This document shows, piece after piece, positions 9,563 through 17,608 of a DNA stretch of 24,000 nt. The stretch covers positions 1-24,000 of the forward strand of contig CALMKU010000127.1 of assembly GCA_937866945.1 (NCBI GenBank), written 5' to 3'. Position 1 is the first letter of the stretch; the number at the start of each line of letters is the position of its first letter. This DNA is from an uncultured Tolumonas sp. (GTDB taxonomy: Bacteria > Pseudomonadota > Gammaproteobacteria > Enterobacterales > Aeromonadaceae). Both the position numbers and the translations under genes were made by a program. The notes under the pieces are model-generated. The model did no database searches. It saw only the letters and a list, made by a program, of their open reading frames with translations, and had not been told where the DNA came from.

Positions 9563-9592
9563 TTGACTATTTCATGCAAAAATTTTGATAAA
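9563..9592 (+). promoter_or_regulatory. Candidate sigma-70 promoter for asd
   Basis: TTGACT (9563-9568), 18-nt spacer, GATAAA (9587-9592), about 75 nt upstream of the asd start. Hexamer match only. Confidence 0.3.
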
Positions 9593-9666
9593 AATACTTG
9601 CAGCAAAACGCTGCATCCGTATTGTGAAGCGATATGTTTTGATCAGTAATCCAAGCAGGAATGGAA

Positions 9667-10785
9667 ATGAAAAAAGTAGGACTAATTGGTTGGCGCGGTA
9701 TGGTGGGATCGGTTCTGATGAGCCGGATGATTGAAGAAAACGACTTCAGTAAAATTGATCCCGTATTTTTTACCACCTCTCAAGCTGGTCAGGAAGCACC
9801 GAAATTTACTGCTAAACCTGCTGGCGCGTTGGAAGATGCCTTCAATATTGATGCACTGAAAGCGATGGACATCATCATTACCTGTCAGGGTGGTGATTAC
9901 ACGAAAGAAGTGTATCCAAAACTGATGGCTTCTGGCTGGAAAGGTTACTGGATCGATGCAGCCTCTACACTGCGCATGGAAGATAATGCAATTATCATTC
10001 TGGACCCTGTGAACGGCCATGTTATTGAGAACGCACTGAACAAAGGTATTAACACCTATGTTGGTGGTAACTGTACTGTCAGTTTGATGCTGATGGGCTT
10101 AGGTGGCTTGTTTGCCAACAATCTGGTGGAGTGGGTTTCTTCTTCCACCTATCAGGCGGCTTCTGGTGCCGGCGCACGCCATATGCGTGAACTGCTACAG
10201 CAGATGGGTTCATTGCGTGATGTTGTCGCCACTGAACTGACTGATCCAGCTTCCGCAATTCTGGATATTGAACGCAAAGTAACGGCAGCCATGCGTGCTG
10301 ACGAATTCCCAACGTCACAATTTGGTGCGCCGCTGGCGGGTAGCTTGATCCCATGGATTGATGTGCCGTTAGCAAATGGTCAGAGCAAAGAAGAATGGAA
10401 AGGTATGGCGGAAACCAACAAGATCCTTGGTTTGCCAACTGCGGGTATTCCGGTGGATGGTAACTGTGTACGAATCGGTGCATTGCGTTGTCATAGTCAG
10501 TCTTTCACTATTAAGCTGAAAAAAGATGTGCCACTGACAGATATTCATCAGATGCTGGCTGCACATAACGATTGGGTTCGCGTGATCGAGAATGATCGTG
10601 CTATTACAGTCAAAGAACTGACTCCAGCCGCTGTAACCGGTACATTGAATGTGCCTGTAGGTCGTCTGCGTAAGATGAACATGGGTCAGGACTTCCTGTC
10701 AGCTTTTTCTGTCGGCGATCAGCTGTTGTGGGGCGCGGCAGAGCCATTGCGTCGTATGCTGAATATTTTGTTAGCGAAAGCATAA
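9667..10785 (+). CDS. asd: Aspartate-semialdehyde dehydrogenase
   Basis: [21 protein letters not shown]... matches E. coli Asd ([21 protein letters not shown]...). The active-site region [11 protein letters not shown] is present. I prefer the ATG at 9667 over the ORF-track start at 9661, because AGGA (9657-9660) sits 6 nt before 9667 and directly abuts 9661. Confidence 0.96.
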   Translation: MKKVGLIGWRGMVGSVLMSRMIEENDFSKIDPVFFTTSQAGQEAPKFTAKPAGALEDAFNIDALKAMDIIITCQGGDYTKEVYPKLMASGWKGYWIDAASTLRMEDNAIIILDPVNGHVIENALNKGINTYVGGNCTVSLMLMGLGGLFANNLVEWVSSSTYQAASGAGARHMRELLQQMGSLRDVVATELTDPASAILDIERKVTAAMRADEFPTSQFGAPLAGSLIPWIDVPLANGQSKEEWKGMAETNKILGLPTAGIPVDGNCVRIGALRCHSQSFTIKLKKDVPLTDIHQMLAAHNDWVRVIENDRAITVKELTPAAVTGTLNVPVGRLRKMNMGQDFLSAFSVGDQLLWGAAEPLRRMLNILLAKA

Positions 10786-10803
10786 CTCACTGACCGATAT
10801 GCT

Positions 10804-10835
10804 AAACGCACTGCTTCGGCGGTGCGTTTTTATTT
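10804..10835 (+). terminator. Rho-independent terminator after asd
   Basis: AAACGCACTGC-TTCG-GCGGTGCGTTT hairpin with a TTCG tetraloop, followed by TTTTTATTTT, 19 nt after the asd stop. Confidence 0.85.
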
Positions 10836-10914
10836 TCGCGATAGAGAAAATCAGAGATAAAAAATAGGTCAGAGATGAAGTGAGCAAAAATCGGTAGAAA
10901 ATAGATGAGAATAA

Positions 10915-11319
10915 TCAGGCTTTAATGCCAAGTGGCATTGATGAACGAGGTTGTGTCAGGCCATGATCGTTATAGGTCATTGAGTCACGATCACGAGCTT
11001 GAGCGAGTATGGTACTTAGCTTACGACTGGCAATCAGATTCATTTCGATCAATTTGCCATTCACTTCATTTTTTTCACGACAGCTACGCAGCAGATCATG
11101 AAGGTTTTCACGCCAGCTTTGATATTCAGCAGCCGATGTACTTTGGCGGGCTTGATCATCTAATGCGGTAAGTTGTGTCAGTAATACGGTCTTTTTATTA
11201 GCAAGTTCAGCTAACTCAATAACTTGACGTTGTTTCAGTGCAGCAAATTCCTGCTCCAGGACTTCTTGCAGTGCTGTTAATCGCTTTTGCTGTTGCTGCA
11301 ACAATGCCGGATCAATCAT
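10915..11319 (-). CDS. flgN: Flagellar export chaperone FlgN (for hook-associated proteins FlgK and FlgL)
   Basis: 134-aa Gln/Leu-rich helical protein with an FlgN-like central motif (LLRSCREKNEVNGKLIE). Its start overlaps the flgM stop (ATGA, 11316-11319). Its position after flgM is canonical. Confidence 0.8.
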   Translation of the reverse strand: MIDPALLQQQQKRLTALQEVLEQEFAALKQRQVIELAELANKKTVLLTQLTALDDQARQSTSAAEYQSWRENLHDLLRSCREKNEVNGKLIEMNLIASRKLSTILAQARDRDSMTYNDHGLTQPRSSMPLGIKA

Positions 11320-11642
11320 TCATTATCACCAAACAAAGCACTTTCCTGTGCCAACATTTTATTGGCAACTCGGTCAGCATTGATTTTGTAGTCACCGCGT
11401 TCGATCGCTGCTTTGATCGTGGCTACTTTGTTGTCATCAGTAACTGGCGCATCAGAAATTTTCTGCTGCAAACGGCTCAGTGACATTGCCTGATCCGTCA
11501 GTTTTACTGTGTCTTGGGCAACAGTACCTTTACCGACAGATGAGCTGCTGGATTCGCTGGTGGCATCTTGTTTACTGGTTTTAGCGCTGCTGGTTTTGTT
11601 ACTCAAACCGTTTAGTGCGCTGTTTATATTGTTGATAGCCAT
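11316..11642 (-). CDS. flgM: Anti-sigma-28 factor FlgM
   Basis: 108 aa with a Ser/Thr-rich, disordered-looking N-terminus and a C-terminal FlgM signature (VATIKAAIERGDYKINADRVANKML). Preceded by a sigma-28 promoter and followed by flgN. Confidence 0.88.
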   Translation of the reverse strand: MAINNINSALNGLSNKTSSAKTSKQDATSESSSSSVGKGTVAQDTVKLTDQAMSLSRLQQKISDAPVTDDNKVATIKAAIERGDYKINADRVANKMLAQESALFGDNE

Positions 11643-11676
11643 TTTTTATTACCCGTAATTGAATCTATATATCTGT

Positions 11677-11703
11677 ACATCGGCTATAAAGTAAAAAACT
11701 TTA
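11677..11703 (-). promoter_or_regulatory. Sigma-28 (FliA) promoter for flgM-flgN
   Basis: The minus strand reads TAAAGTTT-(11 nt)-GCCGATGT against the consensus TAAAGTTT-N11-GCCGATAA. That is 14 of 16 positions at exact spacing. It lies in the 79-nt flgA-flgM gap, about 35-60 nt upstream of the flgM ATG. Confidence 0.8.
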
Positions 11704-11721
11704 GGTCTGAAAGTGAAAAAA

Positions 11722-12405
11722 TTACATTTCTACTTTTACCTGACCTACCGCACTGACAACAGCAGAAATAATACGTTGTGAGCGTATGTTTTGCACTCGG
11801 ATCATGTCATTGAGAGCGCCATCTTGCAAAGCCCGGCCATTGGTTTTGATTTGCATCCCACCTTTCTCGGCGATGATTTCAACCATATCGTCACGGCACA
11901 CGACACAGATCTGGTTTTGCCGAACCGGCTGATTCGTGCGTATATCTCGCTTACTACGCGCACCAATTAATAATGACATGTCTGTGGTCATATCACCATT
12001 CAGCATAAAGCTATCAATATAGGCGATAGTCAGATTATCGGCAGAAAGTACGGTTCCTTTAGAAATAGGCGTTGCTGCGGCTACAACTGGTTTTTGGATC
12101 CGAATTTTTACGGGGACAAAAAGATGCCATCCAGGGGTATCAGGGCAAGTCACATCCACTGTTGTGTTCCGGCGAATTTCTCCGGTTCCGGTGATATTAA
12201 GCACCAGCGGTTGCTGACAGGCTGATAAATTAAGCCGTTGATCGACAGCATTCGCGATAACATCTACTTTATCTGATGGTTCTGTTTGTATCTGGCTTAA
12301 AACATAGTCGCTGACTTGCTGTTGAATATCAGTTTCAGTTTCACCCGCACATGCGATAACTGGCAGCAGTAATGCGAGATATATCAATTTAATCAGTCTA
12401 ATCAT
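11722..12405 (-). CDS. flgA: Flagellar basal-body P-ring formation chaperone FlgA
   Basis: 227 aa with an N-terminal signal peptide (MIRLIKLIYLALLLPVIACAG) and a C-terminal SAF/FlgA-like region. Canonical position, divergent from the flgB-side operon. Confidence 0.88.
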   Translation of the reverse strand: MIRLIKLIYLALLLPVIACAGETETDIQQQVSDYVLSQIQTEPSDKVDVIANAVDQRLNLSACQQPLVLNITGTGEIRRNTTVDVTCPDTPGWHLFVPVKIRIQKPVVAAATPISKGTVLSADNLTIAYIDSFMLNGDMTTDMSLLIGARSKRDIRTNQPVRQNQICVVCRDDMVEIIAEKGGMQIKTNGRALQDGALNDMIRVQNIRSQRIISAVVSAVGQVKVEM

Positions 12406-12425
12406 TTTTATCTTCTTGCCGATAC
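12399..12425 (+). promoter_or_regulatory. Candidate sigma-28-type promoter for cheV-cheR, overlapping the flgA start codon
   Basis: TAATCATT-(11 nt)-GCCGATAC. The -10 element matches 7 of 8 positions and the -35 element 5 of 8, at exact consensus spacing and in the correct orientation for cheV. This motif quality would be unremarkable genome-wide. It is supported mainly by its position in the 165-nt divergent gap. Confidence 0.35.
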
Positions 12426-12531
12426 ATCAAAATGGCATCATAAAGGTATTAAGCAATACTTTCAGATAGTTTGCTGATCGATTGCTATAGTCTATGTACA
12501 CTGTCTGAATATAGACAGCTTGTGATGTACA

Positions 12532-12547
12532 TGCATGCTAAGTGCCA
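12532..12547 (-). promoter_or_regulatory. Candidate sigma-54 promoter for flgA
   Basis: The minus strand reads TGGCAC-TTAGC-ATGCA, with the invariant GG and GC at correct spacing and 10 of 11 consensus positions of TGGCAC-N5-TTGCA. It lies in the flgA-cheV divergent gap, oriented toward flgA. The predicted start is near 12521. Confidence 0.55.
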
Positions 12548-12570
12548 ATAAATGGTGAGTGGAGAGCAAT

Positions 12571-13482
12571 ATGGCAAGTATTTTGGATTCAGTAAACCAA
12601 CTCACCCAATTGGTGGGTCAAAACCGATTGGAATTATTGCTTTTCAGACTGAATGGACGTCAGCGATTTGGCATCAACGTCTTTAAAGTTCGCGAAGTGT
12701 TGCAGTGTCCGCGTTTAACGGCGATGCCTAAACTGCATCCGTTCGTGCGTGGTGTTGCTCATATCCGTGGACAAACTATTTCGGTCATCGACCTGAGTAT
12801 GGCGACAGGTGGTAGACCGGTACAGGATCTGAGCCAGGCGTTTATCATCATCGCTGAATACAATTGCTCTGTGCAGGGCTTTCTGGTTGGAAATGTTGAG
12901 CGCATTATCAACATGAACTGGGAGTCTATTTTACCGCCACCCAAAGGTGCGGGGCGTTATAACTATATGACGGCCGTAACTGAAATTGATGGTGAGCTGA
13001 TTGAAATTCTGGATGTCGAAAAAATTCTGGATGAGATTTCGCCAGTCAATACCGATGTTAGTGCCGACGTGGTTGCTTCCAGTGAAGAGCACCATACGCG
13101 AGGTTCTTTAGTTATGGTGGCAGATGATTCATCTGTTGCGCGTAAACAAGTGCAGAAGGCACTGAATGCGATTGGCGTTGAGTGTATTATGGCTAAAGAC
13201 GGTAAAGATGCGCTTAACATGCTGAAAGACATGGCAAAGAAAGGGCCCATTACCGATCAGATCCGAGTGTTGATTTCAGATATTGAAATGCCGGAAATGG
13301 ATGGTTATACATTGACCGCTGAAATCAGATCTAATCCTGAATTGAAAGGCTTACATGTTATACTGCACACCTCATTAAGTGGTGTCTTTAACCATGCGAT
13401 GGTTCAGAAAGTGGGGGCGGATAATTTTATCGCCAAATTCCATCCTGATGAGCTGGCGAAGGCTGTTCAGGATGCCATGTAG
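12571..13482 (+). CDS. cheV: Chemotaxis coupling protein CheV (CheW-like domain fused to a response-regulator receiver)
   Basis: N-terminal CheW-like region (LLLFRLNGRQRFGINVFKVREV) and a C-terminal receiver (LVMVADDSSVARK...LISDIEMPEMDGY...HTSLS...K). I prefer the ATG at 12571, which has GGAG 6 nt upstream, over the ORF-track GTG at 12559. Confidence 0.92.
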   Translation: MASILDSVNQLTQLVGQNRLELLLFRLNGRQRFGINVFKVREVLQCPRLTAMPKLHPFVRGVAHIRGQTISVIDLSMATGGRPVQDLSQAFIIIAEYNCSVQGFLVGNVERIINMNWESILPPPKGAGRYNYMTAVTEIDGELIEILDVEKILDEISPVNTDVSADVVASSEEHHTRGSLVMVADDSSVARKQVQKALNAIGVECIMAKDGKDALNMLKDMAKKGPITDQIRVLISDIEMPEMDGYTLTAEIRSNPELKGLHVILHTSLSGVFNHAMVQKVGADNFIAKFHPDELAKAVQDAM

Positions 13483-13507
13483 TGGATTATAAATTGAAGA
13501 AGTTTAC

Positions 13508-14335
13508 ATGAAGACACTGTCCGAAGATCTATACAAACAGTTCAGTGCCTTTTTGGAGGCTCAGGTCGGTATCGTTCTGGGCCCTAATAAGCAGTATCTG
13601 GTAAAAAGTCGTCTGTCTCCCTTAATGGCTGCGCATGGTTTTTCTTCTCTGGAAGAATTGATCACGAAGGCAATGAATGTGCGGGAGCGCGAGTTGAAAA
13701 TGGTAGTCATTGATGCAATGACTACCAACGAAACGTTATGGTTTCGCGATATTTATCCATTTCAATTACTGACGGATAAGCTTTTCCCTGAATTAGGTAA
13801 AAATGCAAAGACGATAAAAATATGGTCAGCAGCCAGTTCGTCAGGCCAAGAGCCTTATTCAATAGCGATGACTGCTCTTGAACATCAGTATAAAAAACCG
13901 GGCACCTTATCTGGTGGTGTGCAGGTGATAGCAACGGATATTTCGTTGTCGATGCTGAATCAGTGTAAAGAGGGTATCTATGATAACCTCGCTTTAGCTC
14001 GTGGCTTGTCGACCGAACGTAAACGTCAATTTTTTGAGCCGTGCAGTGATGCGTCAAGAATGAAAATCTCTGATCGTGTCAAAAAACTGGTTACTTTCCG
14101 TCATTTCAACTTGCTCGACAGCTATGCGCCGTTAGGTAAGTTTGATCTTATTTTTTGCCGTAATGTCTTGATTTATTTTTCTCCTGAAATCAAATCAAAA
14201 ATCCTGAATCAATTTGCTAACTCATTGAATCCAGGTGGTTATCTGCTGTTAGGTGCATCGGAGTCACTGAGTGGTTTGACCGATCGCTTCGAGATGGTTC
14301 GCTGTAACCCCGGTATTATCTACAAACTCAAATAA
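13508..14335 (+). CDS. cheR: Chemotaxis protein methyltransferase CheR
   Basis: 275 aa with a CheR N-terminal helical domain and a SAM-binding motif (IWSAASSSGQEPYSIAM, FCRNVLIYF). Follows cheV, as in Vibrio/Aeromonas polar flagellar clusters. Confidence 0.93.
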   Translation: MKTLSEDLYKQFSAFLEAQVGIVLGPNKQYLVKSRLSPLMAAHGFSSLEELITKAMNVRERELKMVVIDAMTTNETLWFRDIYPFQLLTDKLFPELGKNAKTIKIWSAASSSGQEPYSIAMTALEHQYKKPGTLSGGVQVIATDISLSMLNQCKEGIYDNLALARGLSTERKRQFFEPCSDASRMKISDRVKKLVTFRHFNLLDSYAPLGKFDLIFCRNVLIYFSPEIKSKILNQFANSLNPGGYLLLGASESLSGLTDRFEMVRCNPGIIYKLK

Positions 14336-14348
14336 TCTCTTCTCTCTT

Positions 14349-14364
14349 TGGCACATCTTTTGCT
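14349..14364 (+). promoter_or_regulatory. Sigma-54 promoter for the flgB operon
   Basis: TGGCAC-ATCTT-TTGCT, essentially a perfect match to TGGCAC-N5-TTGCW. It lies in the 53-nt cheR-flgB gap. The predicted start is about 14 nt before the flgB ATG and overlaps its AGGAGG RBS region. Confidence 0.8.
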
Positions 14365-14388
14365 GGTTAATATGGCAGGAGGTGTGCC

Positions 14389-14796
14389 ATGGCCATATCA
14401 TTCGATAAAGCATTCGGTATCCATCAATACACGCTTGGCGCAAGATCGCAGCGGGCAGAGATATTAGCAGAGAATATTGCCAATGCTGATACTCCAGGCT
14501 ATAAGTCGCGCGATGTCGATTTTTCAGCGTTATTGGGACAAGCTCAGAGCGGGCAGAGTGCATCAGTTAATCTGTCGCGGACTAGTGAATTGCATATAGC
14601 TGGCGGTAGTTCGCTCAATACCAGTGTGATGTATCGTAACCCGATGCAGGCGGATACTGGCGATGGTAATACTGTAGATATAAATCAGGAACGTAGTGCT
14701 TTTATGCAGAACAGTCTGGAGTATCAAACTTCGCTGGAGTTCCTGAACAGTAAAATTAATGGATTGTTGAAAGCAATCAAAGGAGATCAGGCATGA
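14389..14796 (+). CDS. flgB: Flagellar basal-body rod protein FlgB
   Basis: 135 aa, with ...[24 protein letters not shown]..., the rod-family N-terminal motif. AGGAGG RBS. First gene of the flgB-side operon. Confidence 0.95.
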   Translation: MAISFDKAFGIHQYTLGARSQRAEILAENIANADTPGYKSRDVDFSALLGQAQSGQSASVNLSRTSELHIAGGSSLNTSVMYRNPMQADTGDGNTVDINQERSAFMQNSLEYQTSLEFLNSKINGLLKAIKGDQA

Positions 14797-15212
14797 GTCT
14801 GTTTCAGATTTTTGATGTTTCTGCATCCGCAATGAATGCACAGTCTGTGCGGTTGAATACGACCGCCAGTAACCTTGCTAATGCTGAGAGCGTCAGCTCA
14901 AGTGCGGAACAGACTTACCGCGCCAGACGGCCAGTTTTTGCCGCTCAGCTACAAGATGCATTAGGTGATGGTTCGGCGCCGCAGGGTGTTGAGGTAAAGG
15001 GCATTGTCGAAAGTCAGGCGCCACTGGTACAGGAATACAACCCGTCACACCCGATGGCAGATAAGGATGGCTATATTTATAAGCCGAATGTCAATCCGAT
15101 AGAAGAGATGGCGGACATGATCAGTGCCTCACGATCTTACCAAACTAACGTGCAGGTTGCAGATACGGCAAAGAATATGCTTACTCAAACATTACGCTTA
15201 GGTAAAGGTTAA
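14793..15212 (+). CDS. flgC: Flagellar basal-body rod protein FlgC
   Basis: 139 aa, [33 protein letters not shown]... and a C-terminal [12 protein letters not shown] motif. ATGA start/stop overlap with flgB. Confidence 0.95.
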   Translation: MSLFQIFDVSASAMNAQSVRLNTTASNLANAESVSSSAEQTYRARRPVFAAQLQDALGDGSAPQGVEVKGIVESQAPLVQEYNPSHPMADKDGYIYKPNVNPIEEMADMISASRSYQTNVQVADTAKNMLTQTLRLGKG

Positions 15213-15223
15213 GAGAGGACGCC

Positions 15224-15916
15224 ATGTCGATATACAGTGATATTGGCTTAACAACCAGTAGCAAGACGAGTAGCACATCATCTGCCAGTAACAGTAAAAA
15301 AACAGGGTCAGATTCTTTATCGCAAGCTGACTTTATGAAGTTACTCACGACTCAGTTATCGTATCAGGATCCGACAAAGCCGGTAGATAACGTCGAAATG
15401 GTGTCTCAAATGGCGCAAATTTCATCGTTATCAGGTATTACGTCATTGAATACAACGCTTAATACCATGAGTAGTTCAATGACTTCGAGTCAGGCACTGA
15501 TGGCCTCTAGTCTGGTTGGTCAAACGGCACTGGTGAACTCTAGTAGCAGTTATGTAACCTCAGGCAATACTTTATCTGGTGTGGTCCCGACCGGAACGGA
15601 AAAGGTGACAGATCTCAACCTGTCGATAGTGAACTCAGCGGGTGAAGTTATTCGTCAATACAGCAGCACAGGCACTGTTACTGGCGATATTCCTTTTAGC
15701 TGGGATGGCAAAGATAGTAACGGTACGGCGGCTGCGTCTGGAAATTACACAGTTAAAGCAAATGGTTTAGTAAATGGTGTGAGTCAAGATCTTACTGCGC
15801 AGCTGTATGGTCAGGTGGAAAGTGTCACCTTGGGCAACACAACAACACCCACCACGGTGGCATTGCAAGGGCTGGGCTCATATCAATTGGGTCAGCTTCT
15901 TGAAATATCAAAGTAG
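15224..15916 (+). CDS. flgD: Flagellar hook capping/assembly protein FlgD
   Basis: 230 aa with a Ser/Thr-rich N-terminus, then FMKLLTTQLSYQDPTKPVDN (FlgD signature) and a C-terminal FlgD Ig-like region (WDGKDSNGTAAASGNYTV). Confidence 0.9.
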   Translation: MSIYSDIGLTTSSKTSSTSSASNSKKTGSDSLSQADFMKLLTTQLSYQDPTKPVDNVEMVSQMAQISSLSGITSLNTTLNTMSSSMTSSQALMASSLVGQTALVNSSSSYVTSGNTLSGVVPTGTEKVTDLNLSIVNSAGEVIRQYSSTGTVTGDIPFSWDGKDSNGTAAASGNYTVKANGLVNGVSQDLTAQLYGQVESVTLGNTTTPTTVALQGLGSYQLGQLLEISK

Positions 15917-15945
15917 TTAAAATTTGAATTTGGAAGGAGCTGATT

Positions 15946-17508
15946 ATGTCGTTCAATATTTCCCTCAGTGGCTTGAATGCCGCACAAAAAGATTTGGATG
16001 TTACCGGTAATAACATTGCGAACGCCAGTACCATTGGTTTTAAACAATCCCGAGCTGAATTTGCGGATGTATTTTCTAATTCTGTCTTTGCAAACACTAA
16101 GACTCAGGTTGGTAGCGGTGTAAATACTGCTGCTGTCTCTCAGCAGTTTGCTCAAGGGGCACTTCAATCAACGAATAACTCCCTCGATTTAGCCATAAAA
16201 GGTGATGGTTTTTTTGTGCTGTCACCTGACACCTCCAGCCTGGAGCGATCATATACTCGGGCCGGTGCCTTCCGGGTTAATGATGAAGGTTTTGTCACCA
16301 ATGCTTTAGGTGATTATTTACAAGTTTATGATGTTGATCAAACTGGTACACCCAAAACGGTAAGTGTTAATTCAACCAAAGCATTACAGATCCCGACAGA
16401 AGCCGGTCAACCTACCGCGACGGATACAATTACTGAGAGTTTGAATTTGCCGGCCAGTGCAACCACATTAAATCCGGCAAATTTCGATCCGTCACAATCT
16501 GCGACTTATAATTCATCAACTTCCGTGGTTGTGTATGATTCTCTGGGGCAGTCTCATACCGTCACGCAGTATTTTCTTAAAGATTCTAATGCTGCTAATA
16601 ACACATTAGGTTTACCAACCAATGTCTGGCGGGTATTTAACTATGTTGATGGCACACCGGTTGATATTCAGAATGGTTATCAGGCAATCAATGCAACATC
16701 TCAAAATGTGCCGCTTGCAACAACATTAATATTTGACTCATCAGGGAATATTGATACGTCAACACATACGTATACATATTCTTCGTCAGATGGTAATACG
16801 TTTAGTTATTTAGACTCAACCGATGCAGTTCAATTACAGTCATATTTTGGCTATGATTCAACTATTTTTGCTGGTGGGGATGGTTCAAATGGGGGGTATA
16901 CCGATACATTCACGGGTAGTGTCGTGTGGCCGTTTACGTACGATCACCAACTTACTTTCGGTACAACACAACCAGTGGTGACAGAACCTTTAGGCTCTAC
17001 CGCTGCTACACAAACTTCGAGTGTCTTTGATTCAGCAGGGGCACTGGAAAATAACGTAGACGGCACACAAACGCTCACTTTTAATTTTAAAGACATCACC
17101 CAGTATGCGACTGGTTTTCAGGTTTCATCTTTATCACAAGATGGCTCAACCGTTGGTCAGCTCACTAATGTGTCAATCGGTGATGATGGCGTGGTTGCTG
17201 CTACTTACAGCAATGGCGTTACTACCAAATTGGGCATGGTGGCATTAGCAAAATTTTCTAATCCGCAAGGCTTAACGCAGATTGGAGATACCTCATGGAA
17301 AGAGTCGCAAGATTCTGGTGAGGCCGTTCCGGGCGTTCCAGGTAATGGTACTTTCGGTAATATTAACTCATCCGCATTAGAGTCATCTAACACAGATTTA
17401 TCTTCTGAACTGGTTGATCTTATTTCTGCGCAACGTAACTACCAAGCAAACTCTCGTGCGTTAGAAGTGAACAGCACTCTACAAGATACTATTCTGCAAA
17501 TTCGTTAA
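15946..17508 (+). CDS. flgE: Flagellar hook protein FlgE (enlarged, 520 aa)
   Basis: N-terminus MSFNISLSGLNAAQKDLDVTGNNIANASTIGFK and C-terminus LVDLISAQRNYQANSRALEVNSTLQDTILQIR match the hook protein termini (Salmonella MSFSQAVSGLNAAATNLDVIGNNIAN... and ...[29 protein letters not shown]). GGAGC RBS. Confidence 0.93.
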   Translation: MSFNISLSGLNAAQKDLDVTGNNIANASTIGFKQSRAEFADVFSNSVFANTKTQVGSGVNTAAVSQQFAQGALQSTNNSLDLAIKGDGFFVLSPDTSSLERSYTRAGAFRVNDEGFVTNALGDYLQVYDVDQTGTPKTVSVNSTKALQIPTEAGQPTATDTITESLNLPASATTLNPANFDPSQSATYNSSTSVVVYDSLGQSHTVTQYFLKDSNAANNTLGLPTNVWRVFNYVDGTPVDIQNGYQAINATSQNVPLATTLIFDSSGNIDTSTHTYTYSSSDGNTFSYLDSTDAVQLQSYFGYDSTIFAGGDGSNGGYTDTFTGSVVWPFTYDHQLTFGTTQPVVTEPLGSTAATQTSSVFDSAGALENNVDGTQTLTFNFKDITQYATGFQVSSLSQDGSTVGQLTNVSIGDDGVVAATYSNGVTTKLGMVALAKFSNPQGLTQIGDTSWKESQDSGEAVPGVPGNGTFGNINSSALESSNTDLSSELVDLISAQRNYQANSRALEVNSTLQDTILQIR

Positions 17509-17518
17509 TAGCTGCTTT

Positions 17519-17558
17519 ATAACCGCTGACAATTCTTTGTCAGCGGTTATCTTTATAT
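17519..17558 (+). terminator. Strong hairpin / probable intrinsic (partial) terminator after flgE
   Basis: Perfect 12-bp stem ATAACCGCTGAC (17519-17530) / GTCAGCGGTTAT (17539-17550) with an 8-nt loop, followed by CTTTATAT. It begins 11 nt after the flgE stop. Confidence 0.6.
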
Positions 17559-17592
17559 CCCTTTCCGTATCAATTTTCTTATTTTTACATTC

Positions 17593-17608
17593 TGGTATCT
17601 AAATTGCT
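17593..17608 (+). promoter_or_regulatory. Candidate internal sigma-54 promoter for flgF-flgJ
   Basis: TGGTAT-CTAAA-TTGCT, with GG and GC at correct spacing and 9 of 11 consensus positions. It lies in the 136-nt flgE-flgF gap, 37 nt upstream of the flgF ATG. Confidence 0.5.

Noticed and set aside
9467-9660. Possible lysine riboswitch or amino-acid leader upstream of asd (small hairpin TGCAGC-aaaac-GCTGCA at 9599-9615)
   Set aside because: The 194-nt gap is shared with the ycaO promoter. It lacks the multi-helix architecture and conserved core of an L-box, and it has no leader peptide ORF with Lys, Thr or Met codon runs. The 6-bp hairpin alone is not evidence.
9262-9776. 114-aa and 69-aa minus-strand ORFs spanning the ycaO/asd divergent region
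   Set aside because: They overlap the 5' ends of ycaO and asd out of frame or antisense. They have no motif or RBS support, and the region is better explained as two divergent promoters.
10841-10912. Purine-rich low-complexity stretch downstream of the asd terminator with TCAGAGAT repeated at 10851 and 10869 and AGAAAAT repeated; considered as an sRNA, a degenerate repeat array or an insertion scar at the flagellar cluster boundary
   Set aside because: The repeats are only 7-8 nt and irregular. There are no flanking inverted repeats, promoter or terminator. This is consistent with ordinary convergent-gene spacer DNA between asd and flgN.
10786-12405. Absence of flgO, flgP and flgT (Vibrio H/T-ring and outer-membrane disc genes) next to flgN; asd is the neighbour instead
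   Set aside because: These genes could be elsewhere in the genome, and several polar-flagellated lineages lack them. Absence from one window is not informative.
12559-12570. Alternative upstream start codons in the ORF track: GTG 12559 for cheV, GTG 19201 for flgH and ATG 9661 for asd
   Set aside because: In each case the downstream ATG has a properly spaced Shine-Dalgarno and matches the homologue N-terminus or signal peptide. The upstream codon overlaps or abuts the RBS.
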